Positions 1-9,235 of a stretch of DNA of 59,195 nt are shown one piece after another. The first letter of the stretch is position 1. The number at the start of each line of letters is the position of its first letter. The position numbers were made by a program, and so were the translations under genes. The DNA is from Candidatus Moranbacteria bacterium GW2011_GWE2_36_40 (GTDB taxonomy: Bacteria; Patescibacteriota; Minisyncoccia; Moranbacterales; GWC2-37-73): NCBI GenBank assembly GCA_000991645.1, contig LBRX01000003.1, forward strand, positions 1-59,195, read 5' to 3'. The notes below the pieces were generated by a model. The model did not search any database. It was not told where the DNA came from and saw nothing but the letters and a program-made list of their open reading frames with translations.

Positions 1-110
1 TGGGGCTTAATTCTAAGTGCTGGTTGTGGCATAGTTTTGTTTTTGTTTTAGGGGGCTTACAAAACTATTATAGCACGAATTTATTTGATTTGGTATAATG
101 ACTAAATTTT

Positions 111-183
111 CAAATGTTTGAAAATTGATGCATTGAAAAATTGAAAATTGTTTGAAAATTGAAAATTGTGAATTGAAAATTGA
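111..183. repeat. short-period tandem array (GAAAATT/GAAAATTG units)
   Basis: Direct reading: tttgaaaattga..ttgaaaaattgaaaattgtttgaaaattgaaaattgtgaattgaaaattg. The same motif recurs at 713-790 and 29930-29975. Confidence 0.8.
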
Positions 184-185
184 GC

Positions 186-623
186 TTACAACTCTTTTAT
201 CATTCCCTTTGCCACCAAAGCATCATGCAATTCTTCGCCGAGCATGCGATCGTGAAAAGTGTCGAGAATGTAATTGTCTTGCATATGTTGCGCAACTTTC
301 ACAGCGTGCACAACACCTTTTTGCGTAGCAATATCAACCAAATGTTGAACTTGAGATTCTGCATCCATCTTTAAAGATCCGGCCTCAGCATCTGCCGCCA
401 CAACAGAATGATCAATATCATCATTTGCTTGAGTTTGAACTTTGGCTAAAATTTTTCCATATGCGCCATCTTTCTCAGCAGCACTAATTTCCCGAGGGAT
501 TTCATGTTCAATATTTCCAAATGGATTTATTTTCTCATTTGGAACATTCTGTTTTTCTATACCAATTTTACTCTCCAAATCCAAATCATTCTCTTCAATA
601 GGCTCCAGATTACTCTTTAACAT
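186..623 (-). CDS. hypothetical protein (145 aa)
   Basis: Long ORF in the track with no motif I recognise. Bounded on both sides by repeat modules. Confidence 0.45.
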   Translation of the reverse strand: MLKSNLEPIEENDLDLESKIGIEKQNVPNEKINPFGNIEHEIPREISAAEKDGAYGKILAKVQTQANDDIDHSVVAADAEAGSLKMDAESQVQHLVDIATQKGVVHAVKVAQHMQDNYILDTFHDRMLGEELHDALVAKGMIKEL

Positions 624-791
624 AAATTTCTAATTTCTAATTTCTAATTTCTAAACAATTTCCAACCCGCCTCGACTCGCAAAGACGATTGCTCGTCGAC
701 GCGAGGCGGGTGAATAAATTTCCAAATGTTTGAAAATTAATGAATTGAAAAATTGAAAATTAATTAAAAATTGAAAATTGTAAATTGAAAA
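624..791. repeat. composite intergenic module: (ATTTCTAA)x4, a GC-rich hairpin, then a GAAAATT array
   Basis: 625-655 is atttctaa x4. 666-710 is cccgcctcg...cgaggcggg with inner stem gacga/tcgtc. 713-790 holds GAAAATT-type repeats. The same architecture is seen at 27846-27992 and 57302-57437. Confidence 0.8.
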
Positions 792-1139
792 TTATTTATT
801 AGCATTCATCATTTCACCTCTAAATTCTTCAATAATTTCTTGCACCATTTCATCATAATTATTAATTTTTTCCTTGAAAAAAGCCTCGATTTGTTCAGGC
901 AAAACTTCCCCTTCTGACATTTTTTCATATTCTTCGCGTCCTTCCTCTCCAAGCTTATCCATTGTTTCCAAAAAAATTCTCTTCAGCAAAACTTCTGTCA
1001 TTTTGATGATGAGTTCATTTTGCTTGTCCTCCGAAAGAGTATCAATTCCCAAATCTTTGATAAGTTGCTGCAAGGCTTCTGCTTGTGCAGTGTTATGTTC
1101 TTCCATATTATTTACTCCGTGAAATTCCACAAGGACCAT
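792..1139 (-). CDS. hypothetical acidic helical protein (115 aa; true start may be the MEEHN Met at 1106)
   Basis: ORF in the track. Glu/Lys-rich helical composition, no catalytic motif. Confidence 0.45.
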   Translation of the reverse strand: MVLVEFHGVNNMEEHNTAQAEALQQLIKDLGIDTLSEDKQNELIIKMTEVLLKRIFLETMDKLGEEGREEYEKMSEGEVLPEQIEAFFKEKINNYDEMVQEIIEEFRGEMMNANK

Positions 1140-1187
1140 TTCACTGAGGTTACATTAAGACAAATTATTTTTTATTTTTTAGTTATC

Positions 1188-4034
1188 TTATCTTCTAATT
1201 GCACCATCTCTAGCTGCCTGCATAAAACGAACAACCCATTTGCCAACAAGTTCACCTTTTTTCGGAGGCACAAGTTCTCCGTAAGCTCTCATGGTAGCAC
1301 GAGCATTTTGTGACAAAGATCCCAATTCTGGACTCCCTTCTGGTATCAACATTCTGACAGCCTCTAATTTTTCAATCCTATTCCATTCTAGAATATCTTT
1401 ATCTGAAAATGCTTTCAGCACATTTCTAAGCATTCTGCCATAACTTCCATCTGGGTTGCTGCTTATTTCAGCCAAATTCTTTTTTGCTCCTTCCAGTGCA
1501 TTTCGTAAAACTTTTTCATCGACACCATTTGAATCCAAAACACCACTATCTCCAGTTGCATTCAAAACATCGCCATATTGTTTTTCGATCTGCTCAACTG
1601 TTGCATTTTGATTTTCCAAAACTTCGCCATTCCATGGCGCATTTTCCGCTGCCTCTGACGAAATTGTAGGTAGAACATTTGAAGTAATTTCTGGTCCAGC
1701 GTTTCCTATTTCTTGCCCAGCAGTTAAAATACTATTATGCGCACCAACAGAGTGATGCCCATCTAAATGTGAAATTTTCCCACTAATATCTTTCAATTCA
1801 AATTTCAATGGATTATGTTCATCAATAATCATAGTTGTCCCAGGTTTCACATTAACCATTCCATCCTTAAGCATTTTAGCATATTCATTATCACCAACTT
1901 TTGCTATAATTTGATCCTTATTATCATGCATATAATCCAACCACATACGATGTGCAGCAGCCCCAGGATTTTTCATTTCTGGATGGATCTTTCTAATATG
2001 ATCAATTAATGTTTTTTCAATACTTGAACCTTTTTCAATCGTCAAAGATTCAGCTGCTTTCTTTGAAACATTAGCAACCACTTCAGCTGAATTTGTTCCA
2101 GGTACAACATCCTGAGCTGAAACTGGAGGCTTCCCGCCAGCCGCATATTTCTCGTAATCAATAGGCTTTAATCCTGATGAAGTTGTGTCAGCATTGTTCC
2201 CAACTGAAAAATCATGTTTTTGAGAATTCGTTGCATGTTCTATTGCATCACTATAACCAAATATTCCTGCAACCTTATGGAATCCTGTTTTTATAAGATC
2301 ACCAGCTATACCAGAAGCAAGAAATGTTCCGACCATTACACCAGTAGCCAATTGACGCACATCTTGATTTTTTATTTTATCAATAGTATTTTCTTCATCT
2401 TTTATGGTAACATTTTTTATACTGTCAGATAAGAAAGCATACTTCTCCTCATTATTCATTCCTGCCAATTTTTCTATAAACAATACTCTATCATTTTCAA
2501 CATTGGCTTTATCTTTTTTCTTGCCAATTTTTTCAAGTCCAAGAGTAACACCAACCCCCGTAATCATCCCCATAATAACCCTTCTTGCTGTTGCTGCTGT
2601 TGCTACTGCAGCCACAGCGCCAGCACCAATTTGTCCAGCTGTCAAAGCTGCCCCGGCAAAAACAATACCTATTGCAATTTTTTTAGAAATTGGCAGAGAT
2701 TTATACTTATCAGAAATTTGCTGCATTTTTTGACCAACAAAAGCCCTGGTTTTTCCATCTTGTTGTTCAATTTTTGTTTGATCATGTTCTTCAGCTAATT
2801 TTATTTTCTGTTCAGTCCTAAATTCAGCATAAAGACTAACCAATTCATCATCAGATACGCCACGCTCCCTAGCATCCTCAATTAACAGATTTTGCAAATC
2901 GAAAAGTTTATTATCATAATGTGCTCTATACCAAGCAATGTCTTGATCATTTTCAAGATTTTTTTCACGTTCTGCTTTCCCAATGTTACCAAAAAACTTA
3001 CCGAGCCTATTCCAAGCTTTATTTTTTTTATAATCAGTTTCTAAATATTCTTTTCGAGAAACATCTAATTCTTGTCTAAGATTTTTTATAGCCTCTACTC
3101 TTTCCTTGATTATCTCATCTTTTGCACTGCCATGTTCTTCATTTTCTGCACCACGCCCCTCATTACGTTCACCCTCTTCTTGTTTTTTTTGATTATCGCT
3201 ATCTTGATCTTGATTTTTTTCATTATCACCATCATGACTATTATCATTCGCATTTTCATTTGTATTTTCCTGCTCACCTTGTTTTCCATCATTTTTCATC
3301 TTCTCTTCCTCAGTTTTTTCTGAAGCATCCGCTGTTTTCTCCTCTGTTTCTTCTTCGGCTTTTTTACTCGATTCATCTTCAGTATCCCCTTCAGCCTTTC
3401 CGCCTGGTTTTTTACTATTCCAAAATGCCTCTTCGGCAGCCCAGGCTGAAGTTATATCGCTCTTAATATTTGCACCCAATCTTATTTGCTCTTTTTCGCG
3501 ATTTCCCTGACTTTTAGAAAAATTTGGCTTGCTAATCCTGTCGACAGCCTCAGCATATAATAAATCCAAAATCAAACGCGCATTAGAAGCAATTTTATTA
3601 ATTTCAACAGGAAATGGATGACTAGTTAAATGCGAATTATATTTATCTGGATTATATTCCGATGAAAACCTGAGCCAGCTTCTTTTAAGCGCTTTAAGCT
3701 GAGTTTTAATATCCTTTGTCTTATCAGGAGCTCCAAATATCTCATTTGGATGATTTGCAACAATAATTCTATTATAAAAAGAGAATAATTTTTCTATATG
3801 TTCATGTCTTTTTATTTTTTCTTTTTCATTGCGATCCTTTTCTGCTTCATCTTCAGCATCAGCTTTCTCTTTTGCCTCCGATTCTTCCCTGGCTTTTCTT
3901 TCAGCATCTGATTCAGCGCTTTTTTTGGCACCACCTTTAGTGGCCTCTTCAAATTCATCATTATCAAAAGCAGCATCAGCAGATGCTTTCATATCCTCAT
4001 GTACATCATTCCAATTTGGATCCTGCTCGAACAT
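1188..4034 (-). CDS. large hypothetical membrane-associated protein (948 aa)
   Basis: Uninterrupted 2.8-kb ORF with an acidic low-complexity N-terminus. It has a J-domain-like stretch (..LKRSWLRFSSEYNPDKYNSH..) that lacks the His of HPD. Two Gly/Ala-rich hydrophobic segments are present (AIGIVFAGAALTAGQIGAGAVAAVA.., LATGVMVGTFLASGIAG). Confidence 0.6.
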   Translation of the reverse strand: MFEQDPNWNDVHEDMKASADAAFDNDEFEEATKGGAKKSAESDAERKAREESEAKEKADAEDEAEKDRNEKEKIKRHEHIEKLFSFYNRIIVANHPNEIFGAPDKTKDIKTQLKALKRSWLRFSSEYNPDKYNSHLTSHPFPVEINKIASNARLILDLLYAEAVDRISKPNFSKSQGNREKEQIRLGANIKSDITSAWAAEEAFWNSKKPGGKAEGDTEDESSKKAEEETEEKTADASEKTEEEKMKNDGKQGEQENTNENANDNSHDGDNEKNQDQDSDNQKKQEEGERNEGRGAENEEHGSAKDEIIKERVEAIKNLRQELDVSRKEYLETDYKKNKAWNRLGKFFGNIGKAEREKNLENDQDIAWYRAHYDNKLFDLQNLLIEDARERGVSDDELVSLYAEFRTEQKIKLAEEHDQTKIEQQDGKTRAFVGQKMQQISDKYKSLPISKKIAIGIVFAGAALTAGQIGAGAVAAVATAATARRVIMGMITGVGVTLGLEKIGKKKDKANVENDRVLFIEKLAGMNNEEKYAFLSDSIKNVTIKDEENTIDKIKNQDVRQLATGVMVGTFLASGIAGDLIKTGFHKVAGIFGYSDAIEHATNSQKHDFSVGNNADTTSSGLKPIDYEKYAAGGKPPVSAQDVVPGTNSAEVVANVSKKAAESLTIEKGSSIEKTLIDHIRKIHPEMKNPGAAAHRMWLDYMHDNKDQIIAKVGDNEYAKMLKDGMVNVKPGTTMIIDEHNPLKFELKDISGKISHLDGHHSVGAHNSILTAGQEIGNAGPEITSNVLPTISSEAAENAPWNGEVLENQNATVEQIEKQYGDVLNATGDSGVLDSNGVDEKVLRNALEGAKKNLAEISSNPDGSYGRMLRNVLKAFSDKDILEWNRIEKLEAVRMLIPEGSPELGSLSQNARATMRAYGELVPPKKGELVGKWVVRFMQAARDGAIRR

Positions 4035-4040
4035 ATATTT

Positions 4041-5798
4041 TTATTTTTTTATTGCTTCTAAAATATAATTCAGCAATTCCTTTTCATTGTCTTTGGAAAA
4101 TCCAAAAGAGTCATTCAAAGCTTCTTTTTTTGCCTCAATCAATTCCCGTATAACAGGCTTAACTAACAGCATCAAAAATTGTTGCCTGTCCTCGGGATCA
4201 TCATACTTATCCAAATATCCCTTCTCCCCATCCTTACCAGTCAGTCTTGCTTCGCAAGATTCGAGTGCTTTTTTTGCAGATCGTACAAAAATATTTGCAA
4301 TTTTTTCTGAAATATTTGCAACCATTTCAGTTTTTTCTTTCTCAACTTTTCTGATAACATAAGTTTTCTTTCCATCAACCACAATAACCTGCTTATCATT
4401 ATTTTCATCCAAAATTCCATCCACTGTCTGATTTATCTGTTCCCAAGCTGTTCTCTCTTCAAGTGAATGAGCATCGACAGCATCAAACAAAAATTTTGGA
4501 CTCAATGTTAAATATTCTTTTATCTTTTCGCGATAATCTCCTTCAAATTCCTTACCAGTTGTTAAGGTAGTATATTTTGTTTCAAAATCTGCATGAGAAA
4601 CATCTACTATTTTTTCAATCGCATCCGCAAAGCGCTCTTTTATTTTTTTCTCAAGCTCTTTTTTTCTTTCATTCTCTTTTGCTTCGACATCTTTTTTTGC
4701 TTTTTCATCTTGTTTATTAAAATACTCCTTTTTGTTTGATAATATTTTTGAAATCTCTTTCTTGGCGCCAGCAACAAGACCCTCGAATTCTTTCAGATCT
4801 TCTTCAGATAATTCATCTGTTTTTATTTGATCAAAATTTTCCCAATAATATTCCTCACCTTTTAAATTAACTGCAAATTGCGTTTTTTCAATATCATCCT
4901 TGGCAATATCAAAAATATTAACAATTAACTTTTTGCAATTTTCGAAATTTTGCTTATCCTTTTTTGTTTCAACTTTTTTAAATTGTTCCTTGTTTGTTTC
5001 ATATTCCTCTTGCAATTGCTTAAGTTTTTCAATATGGCTCTGGAAAAAACTTAGTACTTCGTCAGAATATTCTGAAATCGAACCATCTGATTTAACTCTG
5101 CCATTAATTTCATAAATTAGGGCATTTATTTTATCTGCCTCTTCCTTGAAGAAAGATACCGAGTCTTCAATATATTGACCACTCTCCCAGTCAATATTTG
5201 CTTGCTTATTGAGCCCATCAGCCAAATCACAAATCTTATTCCAAGTATTATTAATGTCTTTTTTTAATTCTTCATCAACCTTTTCCTCCTCCACGGCAGC
5301 ATCTTTATTGCACACAGCTTTAATGGCAGTTTTCATATCTTCAGACCCATTAAACTCATCCACATTATTCAAACAAAAATTTTTGACCAAATTATCAACA
5401 TTTTCATTATTAACATCCTCATTTTTACCATAAGCAGCAAAAAACTTTTCTTTTAATTTATAAATCAATCCTATTTCATTAAAACCATTCTTTAGGTATG
5501 CGCCTATAGTGGTTTCTTTGTCTTTTTTCTGACTAAATATTCTCACATCTCTATTATTTTCCACAGCAAAAACTCGAGTGAATGAATTTTCGATAATCTC
5601 TCTTATTTTTTCATTACCTGTTTCAATATCAGCAACTGGATTTTCAACAGTTGGCTGTTCAATTGCAGCCACTGGTTCATCTTCAATAAAAGTTATAGGA
5701 ACTGACCTCCCTATACTGATTGGTTTATTATCACCTTTATCAACAGCATATCTAATATTATTTTCACTACCAGGAAAAATTTTATTTAAAAAATTCAT
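4041..5798 (-). CDS. hypothetical coiled-coil-rich protein (585 aa)
   Basis: Uninterrupted ORF 6 nt upstream of the 948-aa ORF on the same strand. Lys/Glu-rich, no recognised motif. Confidence 0.55.
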   Translation of the reverse strand: MNFLNKIFPGSENNIRYAVDKGDNKPISIGRSVPITFIEDEPVAAIEQPTVENPVADIETGNEKIREIIENSFTRVFAVENNRDVRIFSQKKDKETTIGAYLKNGFNEIGLIYKLKEKFFAAYGKNEDVNNENVDNLVKNFCLNNVDEFNGSEDMKTAIKAVCNKDAAVEEEKVDEELKKDINNTWNKICDLADGLNKQANIDWESGQYIEDSVSFFKEEADKINALIYEINGRVKSDGSISEYSDEVLSFFQSHIEKLKQLQEEYETNKEQFKKVETKKDKQNFENCKKLIVNIFDIAKDDIEKTQFAVNLKGEEYYWENFDQIKTDELSEEDLKEFEGLVAGAKKEISKILSNKKEYFNKQDEKAKKDVEAKENERKKELEKKIKERFADAIEKIVDVSHADFETKYTTLTTGKEFEGDYREKIKEYLTLSPKFLFDAVDAHSLEERTAWEQINQTVDGILDENNDKQVIVVDGKKTYVIRKVEKEKTEMVANISEKIANIFVRSAKKALESCEARLTGKDGEKGYLDKYDDPEDRQQFLMLLVKPVIRELIEAKKEALNDSFGFSKDNEKELLNYILEAIKK

Positions 5799-5880
5799 AT
5801 TGCTAAAAGTTTTTTATTTACCTAAAAATTATATCACAAAATTCCTATTTCACCCATAGCAAATTTTTATGAAAAATTAA

Positions 5881-5915
5881 AAGGCGCAGTAATGGAAAAT
5901 TCCATACTGCGCCTT
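5881..5915 (-). terminator. intrinsic terminator hairpin after the 3-gene GC-richer cassette
   Basis: aaggcgcagt-a-atggaa-aa-ttccat-actgcgcctt forms a near-perfect palindrome. On the minus strand it is followed by ttaattttt. Confidence 0.6.
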
Positions 5916-5947
5916 TATTTCATCACCTCCTTTTGGGTGAAATTTTT

Positions 5948-6178
5948 TCAGGCTTTTTTCCAGTCAATTTTTCTTGATGGAACATAGCCTTCTAACCCTC
6001 CCACGAAATCGCCGTGTTGATTCGGAAGCATAACCTTGGTCATGCCTTCAAATCGCTCGGCTGCAGGCTCACCTTTAAGGTCGGCGATTTTTACTCGCGT
6101 ACCTTTCGGAATGTTATGCACAACAACCTGGGCGGTTTCATTATAGAGGACAACTTTTTCTTCATTCAATGTCCCCAA
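5948..6178 (-). CDS. small hypothetical protein (start uncertain; maximal ORF runs to TTG at 6262)
   Basis: The track ORF 5948-6262 starts at a TTG and overlaps the upstream gene by 100 nt. In-frame TTGs at 6178 and 6169 follow a gagaaggaa SD-like run and sit at the stop (6162) of the upstream gene. Confidence 0.4.
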   Translation of the reverse strand: MGTLNEEKVVLYNETAQVVVHNIPKGTRVKIADLKGEPAAERFEGMTKVMLPNQHGDFVGGLEGYVPSRKIDWKKA

Positions 6179-6650
6179 AATTCCTGATTCCTTCTCGGTT
6201 TGAGTGGCGCGTTTGTGGAAGAAAAATCCCTTTTGATTCTGGCGACCAAAGCCCGAAAGCAAGATGCACTAATGCCAGCAGGAGAATTGGAGAACAAATC
6301 ATTCTCGAAATTCTCACAAACGGACCAAGAAACCAGATTCTATTTGCAAATGGCGGCATAACAAATGCCACAAACCATATTGGAAACAGGAAACTTACAG
6401 CCAGGGCACTCACAATTGAATTTGCGTATGCGCCAATGCTAACCATAAAAATCAGCAGAGCGATCCATCCCACCATAGCAACGCCAATTGCAATAAGCAC
6501 TGTGGTTCTTATAGTTGGCCATATAGCCATGAGACCACCAATTGTATAATCCACAACCCCACCAACAAGATCTGCGATGGTGTTGCGAAACCAGATTGCC
6601 AAACCAACAACTACCAACACTATAATAAAGAAAGGTATGAATATCCACAT
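6162..6650 (-). CDS. hypothetical integral membrane protein (about 4 TM segments)
   Basis: Four long hydrophobic stretches (IFIPFFIIVLVVVGLAIW, LIAIGVAMVGWIALLIFMVSIGA, ALAVSFLFPIWFVAFVM, ICSPILLLALVHLAFGLW). Confidence 0.6.
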   Translation of the reverse strand: MWIFIPFFIIVLVVVGLAIWFRNTIADLVGGVVDYTIGGLMAIWPTIRTTVLIAIGVAMVGWIALLIFMVSIGAYANSIVSALAVSFLFPIWFVAFVMPPFANRIWFLGPFVRISRMICSPILLLALVHLAFGLWSPESKGIFLPQTRHSNREGIRNFGDIE

Positions 6651-6652
6651 AA

Positions 6653-7369
6653 CTATTTCCCTCCTTGGGATGCGCGGAATGCGCGAGCTTTTTCTCGAAA
6701 TGATTTGGCATCACTTGGAATACTGGTAATATTTTCTTTTACCTTATCAGCACCATTTTTGACACCTTCCTTAATAGCCTCGTAAGCTTTGCCTGCAAGC
6801 TCTTCCGCCTTTTTTTCAAAGACGCTTTCTACCCTCTTCGGTTTTATCAGGGAAAAAACATTCTTTCCTTGAAGAAAAGCGACTCGTGAATTAAATGTGA
6901 CATCAGCGTCGGCGCCAACATTCAGGAGGAGTGACTCAAGGAATTTTTTGGCGTGTTTAATGCCTTCCTCAAGATCCTTGTATGTTTGAGTTGTGCTCGG
7001 TCCAGATTCTCCCTTCTTAGGATTTTCTGTTTTTTTAACCTCACGCTCAAACTGTGAAACTATCTTAGCTACAAACAACACAAAGGCTTCAGCTTTTTCT
7101 TTGTCCTCACGACGAAGTCGTTCTTCAAAGGCATCTACATCTCTTGCACTAACATCATCAAGAGCATTAACTGCAACACTGTAAATGATCTCGTCCGTGA
7201 TGTCCTTTTTAGCCCCTTCAACATCCAGACCAAGAACCTTTTCCAGTCGCTTCATGATTTTTTCAGTGCCCTTTTCGGTTATCTTATCAAGAAGCATTTT
7301 GAGCATAACCCCGAAAACAGGTATTGCAGTTAACCCCGTTACCCAACGATCGATCTTTTCTCCAAACAT
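6653..7369 (-). CDS. hypothetical protein (238 aa), first gene of a GC-richer 3-gene cassette
   Basis: ORF preceded by a ggggagg SD and a canonical promoter. One N-terminal hydrophobic helix (LTAIPVFGVMLKMLL). Confidence 0.55.
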   Translation of the reverse strand: MFGEKIDRWVTGLTAIPVFGVMLKMLLDKITEKGTEKIMKRLEKVLGLDVEGAKKDITDEIIYSVAVNALDDVSARDVDAFEERLRREDKEKAEAFVLFVAKIVSQFEREVKKTENPKKGESGPSTTQTYKDLEEGIKHAKKFLESLLLNVGADADVTFNSRVAFLQGKNVFSLIKPKRVESVFEKKAEELAGKAYEAIKEGVKNGADKVKENITSIPSDAKSFREKARAFRASQGGK

Positions 7370-7473
7370 AGCAGCCTCCCCTTTTCCTTTATTTAGTGTG
7401 TGTATATTTTATTGTCAAAGAGCCTATTTAAGGCCCTTTTTGGCCTTGCTATAGGACTATCCTATAACCATCT

Positions 7474-7502
7474 ATCTTAGCACAAAAAAGACATTATGTC
7501 AA
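7474..7502 (-). promoter_or_regulatory. sigma70-type promoter (TTGACA-17-TAAGAT)
   Basis: Minus strand reads ttgaca taatgtcttttttgtgc taagat. -35 is at 7502-7497 and -10 at 7479-7474. About 100 nt upstream of the 6653-7369 gene. Confidence 0.6.
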
Positions 7503-7650
7503 GCTCGCCTATTAAATAATTTTAAATTTTTACTAAAATTTAAAATTAAGATTTGGGTACGATTGATTATTACGCGATTTAAAATAAATACTAAAATAAA
7601 GCAGTTTGGTTCTACAAAAAAGTAGGCCCAAATCTTATTTAACAGGGTAA

Positions 7651-9213
7651 ATGCAAAATAAAAAAATCGTTTGGGGACTCTTGTTGGCAATTTTGATTGC
7701 GGCTTTTGCACTACGTGTGACAAACATTAAGAATATCCCATCAGGAATTTATCCGGATGAAGCTCAAAACGGCGTTGATGCACAACTTGCCAATGCAACT
7801 GGGGAATACAAACTCTTTTATGAAGGAAACCAAGGTCGCGAAGGATTATTTATCAACCTGCAAGCACTTTCGATCAAGGCATTTGGTCCAACTGAATTTG
7901 CATTAAAGATTTGGTCCATAATTTTTGGTACGCTCACGGTTCTTGGAGTGTTTCTGCTTTCCAAAGAACTTCTTGGCAGTCAAACAGCTGGGCTTATTGG
8001 AGCATATCTAACTGCTTTTTCATATTGGGCAATCAATTTTTCAAGAATTGGATTCAGGGCCATCATGGTTCCATTTTTGCTCACATTTGCATTCTATTTC
8101 ATTTTCAAAGGACTTCGCACAAAAAAATTGCATGATTTCATTATTGCAGGACTTATTTATGGACTTGGAGTTCATACATATATCGCCTTCAGAGTTTCCC
8201 CAATTGTATTGGTAGTATTTCTTGTATCGTTAATGATTACACGCAAAAACTTTTTGCATGATTATTGGAAACATGTCCTTATTTTTGCTTTTGCCATGCT
8301 TGTGACAGCCTCACCAATGCTTTTGGATTTTTTCTATTATAACCCACAGCATTATGCTTCACGAACCAGTGTTATTTCTGTTTTTAATCCAGCAACAAAT
8401 GGCGGCAATCTCCCAGCAACAATTGCAAAAACTTTCAGTCTAAGTTTGCAAAAATATTTTGGAATGGGAGATTTAAACATGCGTCACAATTATCCACCTT
8501 ATCCATTGCTAAATCCAATTGTTGCCATAACTTTTTTACTTGGACTCATCCATGTTATCAGAAAATGTTTTTACTATGCATGGACAAGATTTACAAAAGG
8601 AGAACGCAATGAAAGAATGGATATTTATGTTTTTCTACTATCATGGTTTCTAATCTTGCTCATTCCTGAATTTTTGGCAAATGAAGGAAACCCGCATGCC
8701 CTCAGATCAATTGGAACAATACCAGTTGCAATGATAATCTCCACCATTCCATTTCTTTGGATAATAAAGAAATATTCCAATTTTGGACATGCCTACAAAA
8801 TTTTCACAATTTCAGCCTTAATTGGTGGTTTTCTTTTTATTGGCTTGGCAGATCCAATAAAATATTTTGTCTTTTTCGCCAACAGTCCAAAACAACATGC
8901 TGTTTTTGAAGCCAACACAAGAGCAATTTCTGATCACATAAGAATTCTTCCATTGGATGAAAAAAAATACATTGTCACAGGTTCAATGCCAAGACTGACA
9001 ATAAGCTATCTCAATCCAACACTGCCAAATACCTTCTACATATATCCCCATGAAATTGATACAATAAAAATAGGAGCGAATGAAAAGGCTGAGATTATTT
9101 TCACTAGCTGGGATTGGAATTCTATAAATTCAATTCGCACGCGAATCCCTGGTCTTACTTTTCAAGAACACAAAAACAAATTTGGAGATGTATTTTTAAC
9201 ACTAACAAATTAA
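7651..9213 (+). CDS. GT39/ArnT-like membrane glycosyltransferase (PMT_2-type)
   Basis: Multi-TM protein. The N-terminal loop motif ..IPSGIYPDEAQNG.. after TM1 is typical of lipid-carrier-dependent glycosyltransferases. Confidence 0.7.
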   Translation: MQNKKIVWGLLLAILIAAFALRVTNIKNIPSGIYPDEAQNGVDAQLANATGEYKLFYEGNQGREGLFINLQALSIKAFGPTEFALKIWSIIFGTLTVLGVFLLSKELLGSQTAGLIGAYLTAFSYWAINFSRIGFRAIMVPFLLTFAFYFIFKGLRTKKLHDFIIAGLIYGLGVHTYIAFRVSPIVLVVFLVSLMITRKNFLHDYWKHVLIFAFAMLVTASPMLLDFFYYNPQHYASRTSVISVFNPATNGGNLPATIAKTFSLSLQKYFGMGDLNMRHNYPPYPLLNPIVAITFLLGLIHVIRKCFYYAWTRFTKGERNERMDIYVFLLSWFLILLIPEFLANEGNPHALRSIGTIPVAMIISTIPFLWIIKKYSNFGHAYKIFTISALIGGFLFIGLADPIKYFVFFANSPKQHAVFEANTRAISDHIRILPLDEKKYIVTGSMPRLTISYLNPTLPNTFYIYPHEIDTIKIGANEKAEIIFTSWDWNSINSIRTRIPGLTFQEHKNKFGDVFLTLTN

Positions 9214-9235
9214 AAAACAAACCACAAAAAACTCT

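Noticed and set aside
100-790. Possible CRISPR arrays among the many tandem repeats. Other examples are at 13607-13718, 15927-16031, 25225-25275, 27846-27992, 29871-29975 and 55752-55822.
   Set aside because: The repeat periods are only 7-8 nt with no unique spacers of 25-40 nt and no cas genes. These are micro/minisatellite-like arrays and MITE arms, not CRISPR.
3072-3466. Several 60-114-aa ORFs on both strands inside the 948-aa gene.
   Set aside because: They are low-complexity frames (His/Phe/Ile runs) generated by the acidic repeat region of the long ORF. The long ORF is the parsimonious call.
6169-6714. Track ORFs 6169-6549(+) and 6439-6714(-), which overlap the 4-TM gene.
   Set aside because: They overlap a hydrophobic-protein gene with coherent TM segments and operon context, and they have no SD or motif of their own.
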